From positions 162,814 to 226,813 of the forward strand of contig CAZVQU010000002.1 of assembly GCA_964629655.1 (NCBI GenBank): a stretch of 64,000 nucleotides of DNA, given 5' to 3'. Positions 54,405 to 62,800 of the stretch are shown piece by piece (the stretch's first letter is position 1; every line of letters begins with the position of its first letter). Origin of the DNA: an uncultured Planctomycetia bacterium. GTDB lineage: Bacteria; Omnitrophota; Gorgyraeia; Duberdicusellales; 4484-171. Position numbers and translations under genes: made by a program. The notes beneath the pieces are model-generated. The model did not search any database and had not been told where the DNA came from. It saw only the letters and a program-made list of their open reading frames with translations.

Positions 54405-55422
54405 TGGCTACTAGCTTATTTAATACTTTCCTAATATCTATCTTGGCCGGACAAGCCGAAATGCAACGACCACAGCCAGTACAGGCATAAACACCAGCAA
54501 CTTTAGGAAAAAAATCAAACTTCTTTTCAAATCTATTTCGCAGTCGCATCCAGAGTTTTTCCCGGGGATTAGCTCCGCCAGCAACTCTAGCAAAGTCCTT
54601 TATCATGCATGAATCCCAAATTCGCAGGCGAGCCATCTTTTTCTCGTCTTTCTGATCATACAAAAGAAAACAATGGCAAGTAGGGCAAATTACATTACAG
54701 GCTCCGCATTCAACGCAGGTTTGGGCTTCGTCTTTCCAGATGTTAGCATCATAATTCTTCTCAATAATGCCTTCAAAACTATCTTGCACAGGAATTTTAT
54801 TAGTTTTAATATTCTCATCTACTGCGCTTACTACCTCAAGCCGTTGCCCATCTCTGGCTTTAACTTCTTCCTTACCAGCCTCACTAAATAATGATGAATT
54901 TTTGCTGATCAGGGCCTCTCCCTTCCCAGAACCAGACTCAACAGCAAAACCACCTTTAACTTCAGATAAATTAAGGTCAAAATATTTTTGGGGATATGGC
55001 TTAAGGCCTAAGGCCAAACAAAAACAAGTATCAATCGCACAGGTACAATCTGCAGAAATAATAAGATTTTCTTCTCGAGGTTTATTGTAGAAAGGTTCCG
55101 GGCAATCTTGATTTTGGAAGACATAATCCTGAACTTTAAAACCTTTTAAGTCGCAGGCTTTAACACCAACCACAGCTAAAGGCTTATCGCCAGAACGAGA
55201 AACATCGTCTTTGAATCCTTCAGCAACTACTTCTCTTGCTCGGAAAAAAAATGACTTCAGAGGCTCTAAAGCTCTTACCTCGCCAATTACAACATCGTCA
55301 CCAAAAGAATCATACCTTTGATAAAGACGCTGTTCGCCTTTTTTTACCGGTAAGCAAACAGTATAGTCATTCTTTAAATTATCTAGAAATACAGCGAAAT
55401 CGCTTAATGAGATGTAATGCAT
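54397..55422 (-). CDS. Iron-sulfur subunit of AsrA / sulfhydrogenase beta type (2x CxxCxxCxxxCP)
   Basis: CVECGACNVICPTC and CTGCGRCISACP; 341 aa; first gene of the hydrogenase operon. Confidence 0.65.
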   Translation of the reverse strand: MHYISLSDFAVFLDNLKNDYTVCLPVKKGEQRLYQRYDSFGDDVVIGEVRALEPLKSFFFRAREVVAEGFKDDVSRSGDKPLAVVGVKACDLKGFKVQDYVFQNQDCPEPFYNKPREENLIISADCTCAIDTCFCLALGLKPYPQKYFDLNLSEVKGGFAVESGSGKGEALISKNSSLFSEAGKEEVKARDGQRLEVVSAVDENIKTNKIPVQDSFEGIIEKNYDANIWKDEAQTCVECGACNVICPTCHCFLLYDQKDEKKMARLRIWDSCMIKDFARVAGGANPREKLWMRLRNRFEKKFDFFPKVAGVYACTGCGRCISACPAKIDIRKVLNKLVAND

Positions 55423-55481
55423 CCAGCCCCGAATTTTAAGTTGTTAATTGTGGTAAGTTACCTAAAAGGTACTTTAATACT

Positions 55482-55499
55482 TTGTGAATAAAATCACAA
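55482..55499. promoter_or_regulatory. Rex operator (TTGTGAA-N4-ATCACAA) in the promoter of the hydrogenase operon
   Basis: TTGTGAATAAAATCACAA, 17/18 match to the palindromic Rex consensus TTGTGAAnnnnTTCACAA, 60 bp upstream of the first operon gene. It overlaps a putative minus-strand -35/-10 (TTGTGA-17-TAAAGT). rex is encoded in the same locus. Confidence 0.7.
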
Positions 55500-55588
55500 T
55501 CAAGATAATTAATCGTATCATACAAGAATAAACTTGTCAAACAATTTTTATGTTTTTGATTGCGTTAGGTCTGTCTTAATCTAGCAGA

Positions 55589-55876
55589 TTACCCTTTAAC
55601 ATCTACATATTTAGCTAAGGTAGGGTTGAATTTGCTCAAAAAAATCATCATTCCCCAAAGTAAAGTTGTCGCTACGACAATAAGCACTCCCAGAACTAAA
55701 TCCTTAGGCGTGTTTGCAGAAACAAGGAACAACTCGCCATTGTAAAGGTGATCTATTACTCCGAACATGGCTCCTCCGTAAAACATCAGGGTCAACCACC
55801 AAACTTTGATACTCCTGTTCCTCTTCCAAGTTAATGAAGTAACTGCGGCTGCAGCTATTGATACAACATAACACAT
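55589..55876 (-). CDS. Small hypothetical membrane protein (3 TM)
   Basis: 95 aa hydrophobic ORF. Confidence 0.45.
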   Translation of the reverse strand: MCYVVSIAAAAVTSLTWKRNRSIKVWWLTLMFYGGAMFGVIDHLYNGELFLVSANTPKDLVLGVLIVVATTLLWGMMIFLSKFNPTLAKYVDVKG

Positions 55877-55934
55877 ATCTGACCTCCTCTTATTTATTTC
55901 TCCTTTTAAAAAGATACTACTTTTCTAAAATATG

Positions 55935-56963
55935 TCAAATGCTAAGAAATGAAATTGCTTTATCAACCACCTCTTGAGGGGTAATTTCTTCAAGGCAAAG
56001 AAAACCTTTCATGCAATTATGAGCTAAGCACTTGGTGCAGCCGACATCTTTATGAAAATAGAAACTTTTGCTGCCTCGTGGTCCCCATCGCAGGGGCGAA
56101 AGCCCTGAATCATCTCTGCCGAAAATGGAAATTACCGGAGTATTAAAACTAGCAGCAATATGAACCGGGCCGGAATCGTTAGAGATAAAAAGGGCTGCTT
56201 GTTTAAGTAAGGCTCCTAGCTCTGGGGTATTTAATCTTCCCCTTAGGTCAATAACGCCGCTATCCCTAACTAATTCCTCCCCGTGTTTTCTCTCGCTCTG
56301 CGAGGTTATTACAATTATCTTAAAATCCACTTTTTCGCTTAGCAATTTAATTACCTTCTGAAAAGACTCCTGAGGCCACCGCTTAGAAGGACAAGACGCT
56401 GAAGGATGAATGACAATGAATTTATCACTTATCCCTACCCCCTCGTCGTTAAGCAATTGTTCCACTGCTGCCCTAGCCTTAGATTTAATCGGGAAATAAG
56501 TATTAGTATTCTTAATCGGAATGTCCAGCTCTTTTAAAAGATCCAATGTATATTCGAGTTCATGCTTTTTGCCTTCTTGTTTCGTATGCTTAATCCTTTT
56601 AGTGAGTAACCTGCCTAACTTTTTATCCCATCCTACTCTTTGGGGTATTGCAGCTAAAAAGGTAATTAGATGAGCTCTGTTCGTAGGATGCAATATGAGA
56701 GCAAGGTCGAATTTCTTCTTGCGTAAATAAAGGGAAAATTTGATTGAAGCCCAAAGATTCTTTTGTTCTCGATACTTATCATAAATAATAACCTCATCTA
56801 AGTCCGGATTTCCCTCTAGAGCACTTCGGGTATATGGCCGGCAGAGAAAAGCAATATGAGCTTTGGGAAAGGCGAGACGCAAATTCCTAATCACTGGCGT
56901 AGAGAGCACAACATCTCCTAGCCTATCAGTACGAACTATTAAAATCTTATTTGGTTTTTGCAT
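55935..56963 (-). CDS. Glycosyltransferase family 9 (LPS heptosyltransferase-like)
   Basis: ILIVRTDRLGDVVLSTPVIRNL N-terminus and C-terminal NDSGPVHIAAS motif; 342 aa. Confidence 0.8.
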   Translation of the reverse strand: MQKPNKILIVRTDRLGDVVLSTPVIRNLRLAFPKAHIAFLCRPYTRSALEGNPDLDEVIIYDKYREQKNLWASIKFSLYLRKKKFDLALILHPTNRAHLITFLAAIPQRVGWDKKLGRLLTKRIKHTKQEGKKHELEYTLDLLKELDIPIKNTNTYFPIKSKARAAVEQLLNDEGVGISDKFIVIHPSASCPSKRWPQESFQKVIKLLSEKVDFKIIVITSQSERKHGEELVRDSGVIDLRGRLNTPELGALLKQAALFISNDSGPVHIAASFNTPVISIFGRDDSGLSPLRWGPRGSKSFYFHKDVGCTKCLAHNCMKGFLCLEEITPQEVVDKAISFLSI

Positions 56964-57882
56964 CCTTTAATATTTTATTTATAGCAGCAATAACCTCTTG
57001 GGGCGTTATCTTCATGCATTCACCGTTACGACTACATCTTGCCGTCTCGCAAGGCAGACAATCTAGCTCCTCCTTTCGTAAAACTACCGAACGTTTTGAA
57101 CGCGGATATGATCTTTCATAACTAGTTGGACCGAAAAGACAAACCACCGGCAGGCCGAGATAGCTCCCCATATGGGTAATGCTTGAATCAACTCCTAAAA
57201 GCAAACTCGCATATTTCTTAAGGAGATAAAAGATATCGCAGATACCGGTCTTACCCACCAAATCAATGACCCCCTTTTGCTTAAGTATATCCTTATAAAA
57301 TCCCCTATCTTGTTCCTGACCTAGAATAATAATGTTTTGTTTATCCTTAAAATATGAGACCACATCCTTGAGGTTAGCATATGGATATTGTTTTATATCT
57401 GAGCGTGAGCTGCAAGCAACAAATATAGCTTTTTTTATCCCCAAAGAATCCCATTTATTTTTTTCATCGTCTGTGAGAATAAAATTACTCTCTTCGCGAG
57501 TCTCTTTAGGAGCAATCTTGCTTATCAAGCTAAGATATTTATCCTCTATATGCACTTTATTAGAAAACCGGCGGATAAAAGGTGTCCTCTTGCCGATACC
57601 CAGAGCAACTGGAAGAAAGGAGTTCTTTAAGTCAGCAATCACATCATACTTGCCTCTTAAGTAACGACAGAATTTTATCTTTGCTCGTAGTTTCCAGGAC
57701 TTATCGAAGAGGATAACTTCATCGATAAAGCGATTGCGCATAAAAAATTTATGGGTCTGCGGGGAGGTGATAGCTGAGATTTTAGCCTGAGGATAGTTAG
57801 AGTGCAGCCTGTCTAGAACCGGTAAAGCGACGATTGCATCACCTAAATTAGTAGGGAAATTTATTATTATCCTCTTAACCAT
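56947..57882 (-). CDS. Glycosyltransferase family 9 (heptosyltransferase-like)
   Basis: NLGDAIVALPVL... and C-terminal GVDSSITHMGSYLGLPVVCLFGPT; 311 aa. Confidence 0.75.
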   Translation of the reverse strand: MVKRIIINFPTNLGDAIVALPVLDRLHSNYPQAKISAITSPQTHKFFMRNRFIDEVILFDKSWKLRAKIKFCRYLRGKYDVIADLKNSFLPVALGIGKRTPFIRRFSNKVHIEDKYLSLISKIAPKETREESNFILTDDEKNKWDSLGIKKAIFVACSSRSDIKQYPYANLKDVVSYFKDKQNIIILGQEQDRGFYKDILKQKGVIDLVGKTGICDIFYLLKKYASLLLGVDSSITHMGSYLGLPVVCLFGPTSYERSYPRSKRSVVLRKEELDCLPCETARCSRNGECMKITPQEVIAAINKILKDAKTK

Positions 57883-58894
57883 TAGTTAATATATTTTTAG
57901 CTTGAGAATAGACTTCACTGACACTTAAATCCTTTAGACAAGTATTATCCTGGCAATCAAGCCTATAGCAAGGTATCTGGCAATCGACATTCTTCTTAAC
58001 CACCTTAACCGCTACTCCTCGCGGTACTGTAGCCGAAGGCGAAGTAGGACCAAAAATGACCACGGTATTTACTCCTAAAGACGCAGCTAAGTGGGCTGGC
58101 CCGGAGTCATTAGATATAAAAAGCTTTAAATTTTGCATTAGAGCACCTAGGCTCTTAAGGCTAGTCTTGCCGCAAAAGTTAAAGGACTTTTGACTCATCT
58201 TGGCTCTAACCTCCTCAATAAGTGTCCGCTGTGCTTGGGTTCCGATAAAAATAATTGCGGCCTTAAAATCCCTGACTAAAGAATCAGCCAAATTAGCAAA
58301 ATAACTCCTCGGCCAGCGCTTAAGCTCCCAGTTAGCTGAAGGATTTATACCAATAAGAAAAGCGTGATCTTTCTTTAATGGCTCTAAGTCCTTACCAACC
58401 TCATCCTTAACATCCTCAGGTATAAAAAAACTAGGCAATCTATCTTCAACAGCAATACCAGATTTCTCAAAAAGATAGAGATAGTGATCTTGACGATGAG
58501 GAGAGTCCCCAGAAGGCTCTATCTTTTTATTAAGAATCAAAGAATTCTTAATGCGCCGGTACCCGATTCTTAATTTTATGCCGGCTAAAAAACAAACCAG
58601 GGCTCGGGTAAATGAGCGATGGATAAGAAAGACCGTATCGAATTTCTTCTTTCTTAAAAGCTGAATGAATTTCAACTTAGCGAAAAAACCTCTCTGTCGA
58701 CCTCTTTCGTCAAAAACTATTACCTCATCGATATAAGGATTGTCTTGGAAAACATCTTTTACTCTATCAACCGTCATAACCCCTAGGTAAGATCCGGGAA
58801 GCTTCTTCTTCAAAGCTTTGAAAGCCGGAGTAGTGAGTAGTGAGTCACCTAGCCAATTGACACCTACAACTAAGATTTTTTTCATATTCTTCAT
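57875..58894 (-). CDS. Glycosyltransferase family 9 (heptosyltransferase WaaF/WaaC-like)
   Basis: NWLGDSLLTTPAFKAL... and NDSGPAHLAASLGVNTVVIFGPT; 339 aa. Confidence 0.8.
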   Translation of the reverse strand: MKNMKKILVVGVNWLGDSLLTTPAFKALKKKLPGSYLGVMTVDRVKDVFQDNPYIDEVIVFDERGRQRGFFAKLKFIQLLRKKKFDTVFLIHRSFTRALVCFLAGIKLRIGYRRIKNSLILNKKIEPSGDSPHRQDHYLYLFEKSGIAVEDRLPSFFIPEDVKDEVGKDLEPLKKDHAFLIGINPSANWELKRWPRSYFANLADSLVRDFKAAIIFIGTQAQRTLIEEVRAKMSQKSFNFCGKTSLKSLGALMQNLKLFISNDSGPAHLAASLGVNTVVIFGPTSPSATVPRGVAVKVVKKNVDCQIPCYRLDCQDNTCLKDLSVSEVYSQAKNILTNG

Positions 58895-58905
58895 TGTCCT
58901 AAATA

Positions 58906-59682
58906 CTAATAAGGTTTCTTGGGTTTTCTGAAGGAATTGTAGAATCCGCTTAACTTAGCCCAAAGTTTATAACCTAAATCCCGATTGGTAATTTTAATTC
59001 TCCGCAAGGCAAAACGGTTAAGTTTTCGGGAAAAACCTCTATTGGTAGCGCAAGCGCATAGATATCCAGCCTCTTCGACATCAGACAAAGCTTCTTCAGT
59101 AAATCCGCCTATAGGATAAGAGAGTGCTCCGACGTCTTGGGAAAAGTTTTTCTCTAGCTGCCTCTTTGACTGGAAAATCTCCCTTTTCATTATCAATCTC
59201 TCTTGATCCGGCAAATAGGCATGGCTTAAGGTATGTGAACCAATATTAACTTTTATCTTATCATCAGTCAAAAAAGATACGATATTTTCTCTGGACAAGA
59301 AACCGTCTCTTCCTATTTTTTTGGCAATGACAAAGATGGTTACTGGGTAGCCAAACTCTTTTAACACCTCCATAGCCTTAAGATTATCTTTGTATCCATC
59401 ATCAAAAGTTATTACTACTAAATTTCGGGGGATAGCCTCTGCCTCCTTAAGCAATTTGCAATACTCCGGGAGAGAAACTACCTTGTAACCACCAACCCTA
59501 ATGAATTCCATTTGTTTACGAAAAACTTCAGAATCTACTGCAGCGTAAGTAGCTACCCTTGACTTATCTAAAGAGTGATACATTAATATCGGGGTTGCAT
59601 AATTTTGGTTAAGATATATCCAGAATGAACCTACCAAGAGAGCTACTACAAGAAAAAATAATGTTAATTTTTTCATTGGCAA
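58906..59682 (-). CDS. Polysaccharide deacetylase (NodB homology domain), secreted/membrane-anchored
   Basis: N-terminal TM; VVITFDDGYKDN catalytic motif; 258 aa. Confidence 0.75.
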   Translation of the reverse strand: MPMKKLTLFFLVVALLVGSFWIYLNQNYATPILMYHSLDKSRVATYAAVDSEVFRKQMEFIRVGGYKVVSLPEYCKLLKEAEAIPRNLVVITFDDGYKDNLKAMEVLKEFGYPVTIFVIAKKIGRDGFLSRENIVSFLTDDKIKVNIGSHTLSHAYLPDQERLIMKREIFQSKRQLEKNFSQDVGALSYPIGGFTEEALSDVEEAGYLCACATNRGFSRKLNRFALRRIKITNRDLGYKLWAKLSGFYNSFRKPKKPY

Positions 59683-60746
59683 ACCTCTCTGTATACCCTT
59701 TCTGTATCGGTTGCCATACGTTGGCTTGAAAAGCGCAAGACGTCTTGGCTGGCCTGCTGCACAACTTTCCGGCGTAAATTATCGTTAGAAATAATATCTT
59801 CCATTCTCTCAACCAGAGCAAGGCTACTATAATTGTAAAACAAAAGGCCATTCTCTCGATCTCTTATAATTTCGGCAATACCCCCGGTATTGTAGCCAAT
59901 TACCGGAACACCCTTAGAGAAAGCTTCAAGAATTGAATAGCCAAAACCTTCTTTCTGGGAAGGCATTAATAGCAAATCTATAATATCTAAAAATTGATTA
60001 GGCCGGCAATCAATAAACCTAACTTTCTCCTCTAGCCCCTCTTGCTTCAAATATGCCCGCAATTGACTATCCAGCCTGCCCCTACCGGAAACTAACAAGT
60101 AAGCATTCTTGTGTCTAGCGGCAAGCTTAGCAATCGCATCAGCAGCCAAAAAGTGACCTTTTTCCTGCGAGACTCTGCCCAGGATGCCTATTAAATAATC
60201 TTGATTACTAAAACCCCAGTCGCCTCTAATAGCCTCTTTAGATGAAAACTCATCACTATTAATTCCATTATAAACAACCTTTATCTTCTCATCTTTTATA
60301 TTCAAATCCTTTATCAAGTGCTCTTTTACTGCTTTACTTACGGCAATACTGATTACTCCTGAGAGTTTAAATTGCTTCCTGAAGATTGACGGCCGATAAA
60401 ATCCATGATAGGCACCTATGTAGGGAAGATTGAAACGCTTATAGAGAAGAAATCCCAGGAACTGGGTTACCCGGGTATTGCAATGGACTACATCGAAATT
60501 CTCTCGACGGATAAACTTGCCTAAAGCTAGAAAAGAAAAAAGTATTTTCAGACTGCAGATAGATTTTGTTTTAATCGGAATATTCTTATAATTTACGCCG
60601 TTCTCACTTAACCTTCCAATCCACTCTCCGCCGCTACAGGCGACCCAAACATTATGATTTTGCCTCCTTAAAGATGCGCTTAAGTTAAGAACATAGCGGG
60701 AAAGACCTCCGGGATTAAGGTGAGTAGTAAGAATAAGGATATTCAC
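59673..60746 (-). CDS. Glycosyltransferase family 4 (GT-B, GT1 superfamily)
   Basis: EGFGYSILEAFSKGVPVI E-X7-E-region motif; 357 aa. Confidence 0.8.
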   Translation of the reverse strand: MNILILTTHLNPGGLSRYVLNLSASLRRQNHNVWVACSGGEWIGRLSENGVNYKNIPIKTKSICSLKILFSFLALGKFIRRENFDVVHCNTRVTQFLGFLLYKRFNLPYIGAYHGFYRPSIFRKQFKLSGVISIAVSKAVKEHLIKDLNIKDEKIKVVYNGINSDEFSSKEAIRGDWGFSNQDYLIGILGRVSQEKGHFLAADAIAKLAARHKNAYLLVSGRGRLDSQLRAYLKQEGLEEKVRFIDCRPNQFLDIIDLLLMPSQKEGFGYSILEAFSKGVPVIGYNTGGIAEIIRDRENGLLFYNYSSLALVERMEDIISNDNLRRKVVQQASQDVLRFSSQRMATDTERVYREVCQ

Positions 60747-62800
60747 CTCTTAAGTATCTCCTTTATTTTAGCTAAGACTCTTGAAGGAGAAATCTTAGCC
60801 AAACAGGCATTTGTTTCTTCAAGCCCGCACTTTGACCGGTAACAAAAAGAGCAAGGCATCTTTTCGCAAAAAACATGGAGGTCCTTGCTCTTAACTGTAT
60901 GGCGAGCCGGATCAGTAGGGCCAAAAAGGGCAATGGTAGGAATACCTAAGGCTACAGATAAATGCAGAGTTGCAGTATCAGGAGTAATGAATGCCTTTAA
61001 ATCCTTCATCACCTGAGGCAGGGTACGCAAAGTAGTCTTTCCACAAAGGTTAAGTGGTGAAGGCACAATAGACTTCTCTATTTTCCTAGCCTCCTCTCTT
61101 GAATCTTCATCTCCAAGGAGAACCACTCGAGAATTATTAAAATTCTTATGTACTAAGTCAATTAACCTTAGGATATGTCCCCGAGGCCAATTCTTTGACC
61201 GCCACTTTCGCGAAGCTGATATGTTTACACCAATAAGTTCAGCTGCCGGCAAAGCAATGGGACGTTCGGGCTCTTGAGGCCAAAAGACTAGTTTCTTTTC
61301 AGCAAATTTAATACCCAATAGCTGTAATATTCTCTCTTGGGAAAGCAACGGAGAATCCGGACGATTATATTTTATCCTCTTGGTCAACAAGAAACCTCCC
61401 CGAAAAGAATAACCAAAGGATTGTCGGGGAAAACTCAAAAAAGAGATGAGATGAGATGAACGACTATTTTGTAAATCCACTATATAATCAAATGAATAAC
61501 GCCTTAAGGCCCGAGTGATGCTAAATATATTCTTAATCTTCTTATACTTGCCCTCTAAGGTAATGACTTCATCAACATAGGGACAATCACAGAAGAAAGA
61601 GTGATATTTTTTGAGAGTTAAAAGACTGATAAAACTGCGTGGAAACTCGTCACGCAACGCCTTCAAAGAAGGTAAGCTTAATATTAAATCACCAAAAGAA
61701 GAAATCTTAATTACCAGAATTCTTAATGTCTCAGCGGTTTTCTTGTAAACTTCTTCAGTCTTTAACAAGCACTCCTCCATAGTATACTTTCGCTCTACCC
61801 CTTCCCGGGCTTGCTTGACTAACTTTTCAGCAAAATTAGAATCATCCAAAATCTTAAGAATACCTTCGGATATAGCTGAGCTGTCTCCTGGCTCAACCAA
61901 GAGTCCGTTTTTTCCATCCTCAATTATCTCTTTGAATCCTCCTACAGCAGTAGCAATAACCGGAACTCCGCAAGCAAAAGCCTCGATAGCTACCCTGCCA
62001 AAAGACTCTTCAATTACTGATGGTGCGACTAGAATGCGAGCCTTGGCCAGAATCGCTTCAACATCTTGCGTAAAACCAACAAATTCAACATTATAGTTTA
62101 GAGAAAAACGGCTTACCAAGGTTTTTAAATAATCTAAATATCTCTGTTTAGATTTATCGGCAGAACCAACTATCTTTAACTTTAGATAAGGATTAAATCT
62201 AACTACCTTTTTGAATCCTTTAATCAAATGCTCATAGCCTTTACTCGGAGAAATTCGACCAATGCTAACAATATAATTACTGTTCTTTCGGCTTTTATAG
62301 TCAGTAAAGCTAAACTTATCTAAATCAACCCAACGGCTTATAATACTTACCTTAGCTTCTGGCACCCCAAACTTATCACGCATATGGCGGGCAACTACCC
62401 GGGAAGGCGCAATAACAAATTTGCCCCACCCCATAACTTCACTAAAGAAACGATTCTTATAAATCCCATGGGCTGTGGTAACGAAATGAGTGAGACTGGA
62501 ACGAGAAGCAAAAAAACTTATCCAGCCCGGTACTCGGCTACGGGCATGAACGATATCTATCTTTTCATCTTTAATAATCTTCCTTAGTTTAGGAATAAGA
62601 AGTAATCCTAACGGCGATTTCTTATAGACCGGCAACGTGTAATGCTTAATCCCCTCAGCCTCTAGCTCGCTAGCTAGCTGACCTCCTCCGCTGACAATAA
62701 CGGTGGTGATATCCTTATCCTTAAAGAACCTGGCCAGGTCATAGACCCCTCTTTCGACACCACCGACACACATCCGAGGAAGAATTTGCATTACCCTCAT
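60743..62800 (-). CDS. Bifunctional fusion: N-terminal GT4 glycosyltransferase + C-terminal GT9 heptosyltransferase-like domain
   Basis: N-terminal half with ESFGRVAIEAFACGVPVIATAVGG; C-terminal half starts ILVIKISSFGDLILSLPSLKAL and ends with the GT9 PDTATLHLSVALGIPTIALFGPT motif; 685 aa. Confidence 0.75.
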   Translation of the reverse strand: MRVMQILPRMCVGGVERGVYDLARFFKDKDITTVIVSGGGQLASELEAEGIKHYTLPVYKKSPLGLLLIPKLRKIIKDEKIDIVHARSRVPGWISFFASRSSLTHFVTTAHGIYKNRFFSEVMGWGKFVIAPSRVVARHMRDKFGVPEAKVSIISRWVDLDKFSFTDYKSRKNSNYIVSIGRISPSKGYEHLIKGFKKVVRFNPYLKLKIVGSADKSKQRYLDYLKTLVSRFSLNYNVEFVGFTQDVEAILAKARILVAPSVIEESFGRVAIEAFACGVPVIATAVGGFKEIIEDGKNGLLVEPGDSSAISEGILKILDDSNFAEKLVKQAREGVERKYTMEECLLKTEEVYKKTAETLRILVIKISSFGDLILSLPSLKALRDEFPRSFISLLTLKKYHSFFCDCPYVDEVITLEGKYKKIKNIFSITRALRRYSFDYIVDLQNSRSSHLISFLSFPRQSFGYSFRGGFLLTKRIKYNRPDSPLLSQERILQLLGIKFAEKKLVFWPQEPERPIALPAAELIGVNISASRKWRSKNWPRGHILRLIDLVHKNFNNSRVVLLGDEDSREEARKIEKSIVPSPLNLCGKTTLRTLPQVMKDLKAFITPDTATLHLSVALGIPTIALFGPTDPARHTVKSKDLHVFCEKMPCSFCYRSKCGLEETNACLAKISPSRVLAKIKEILKR

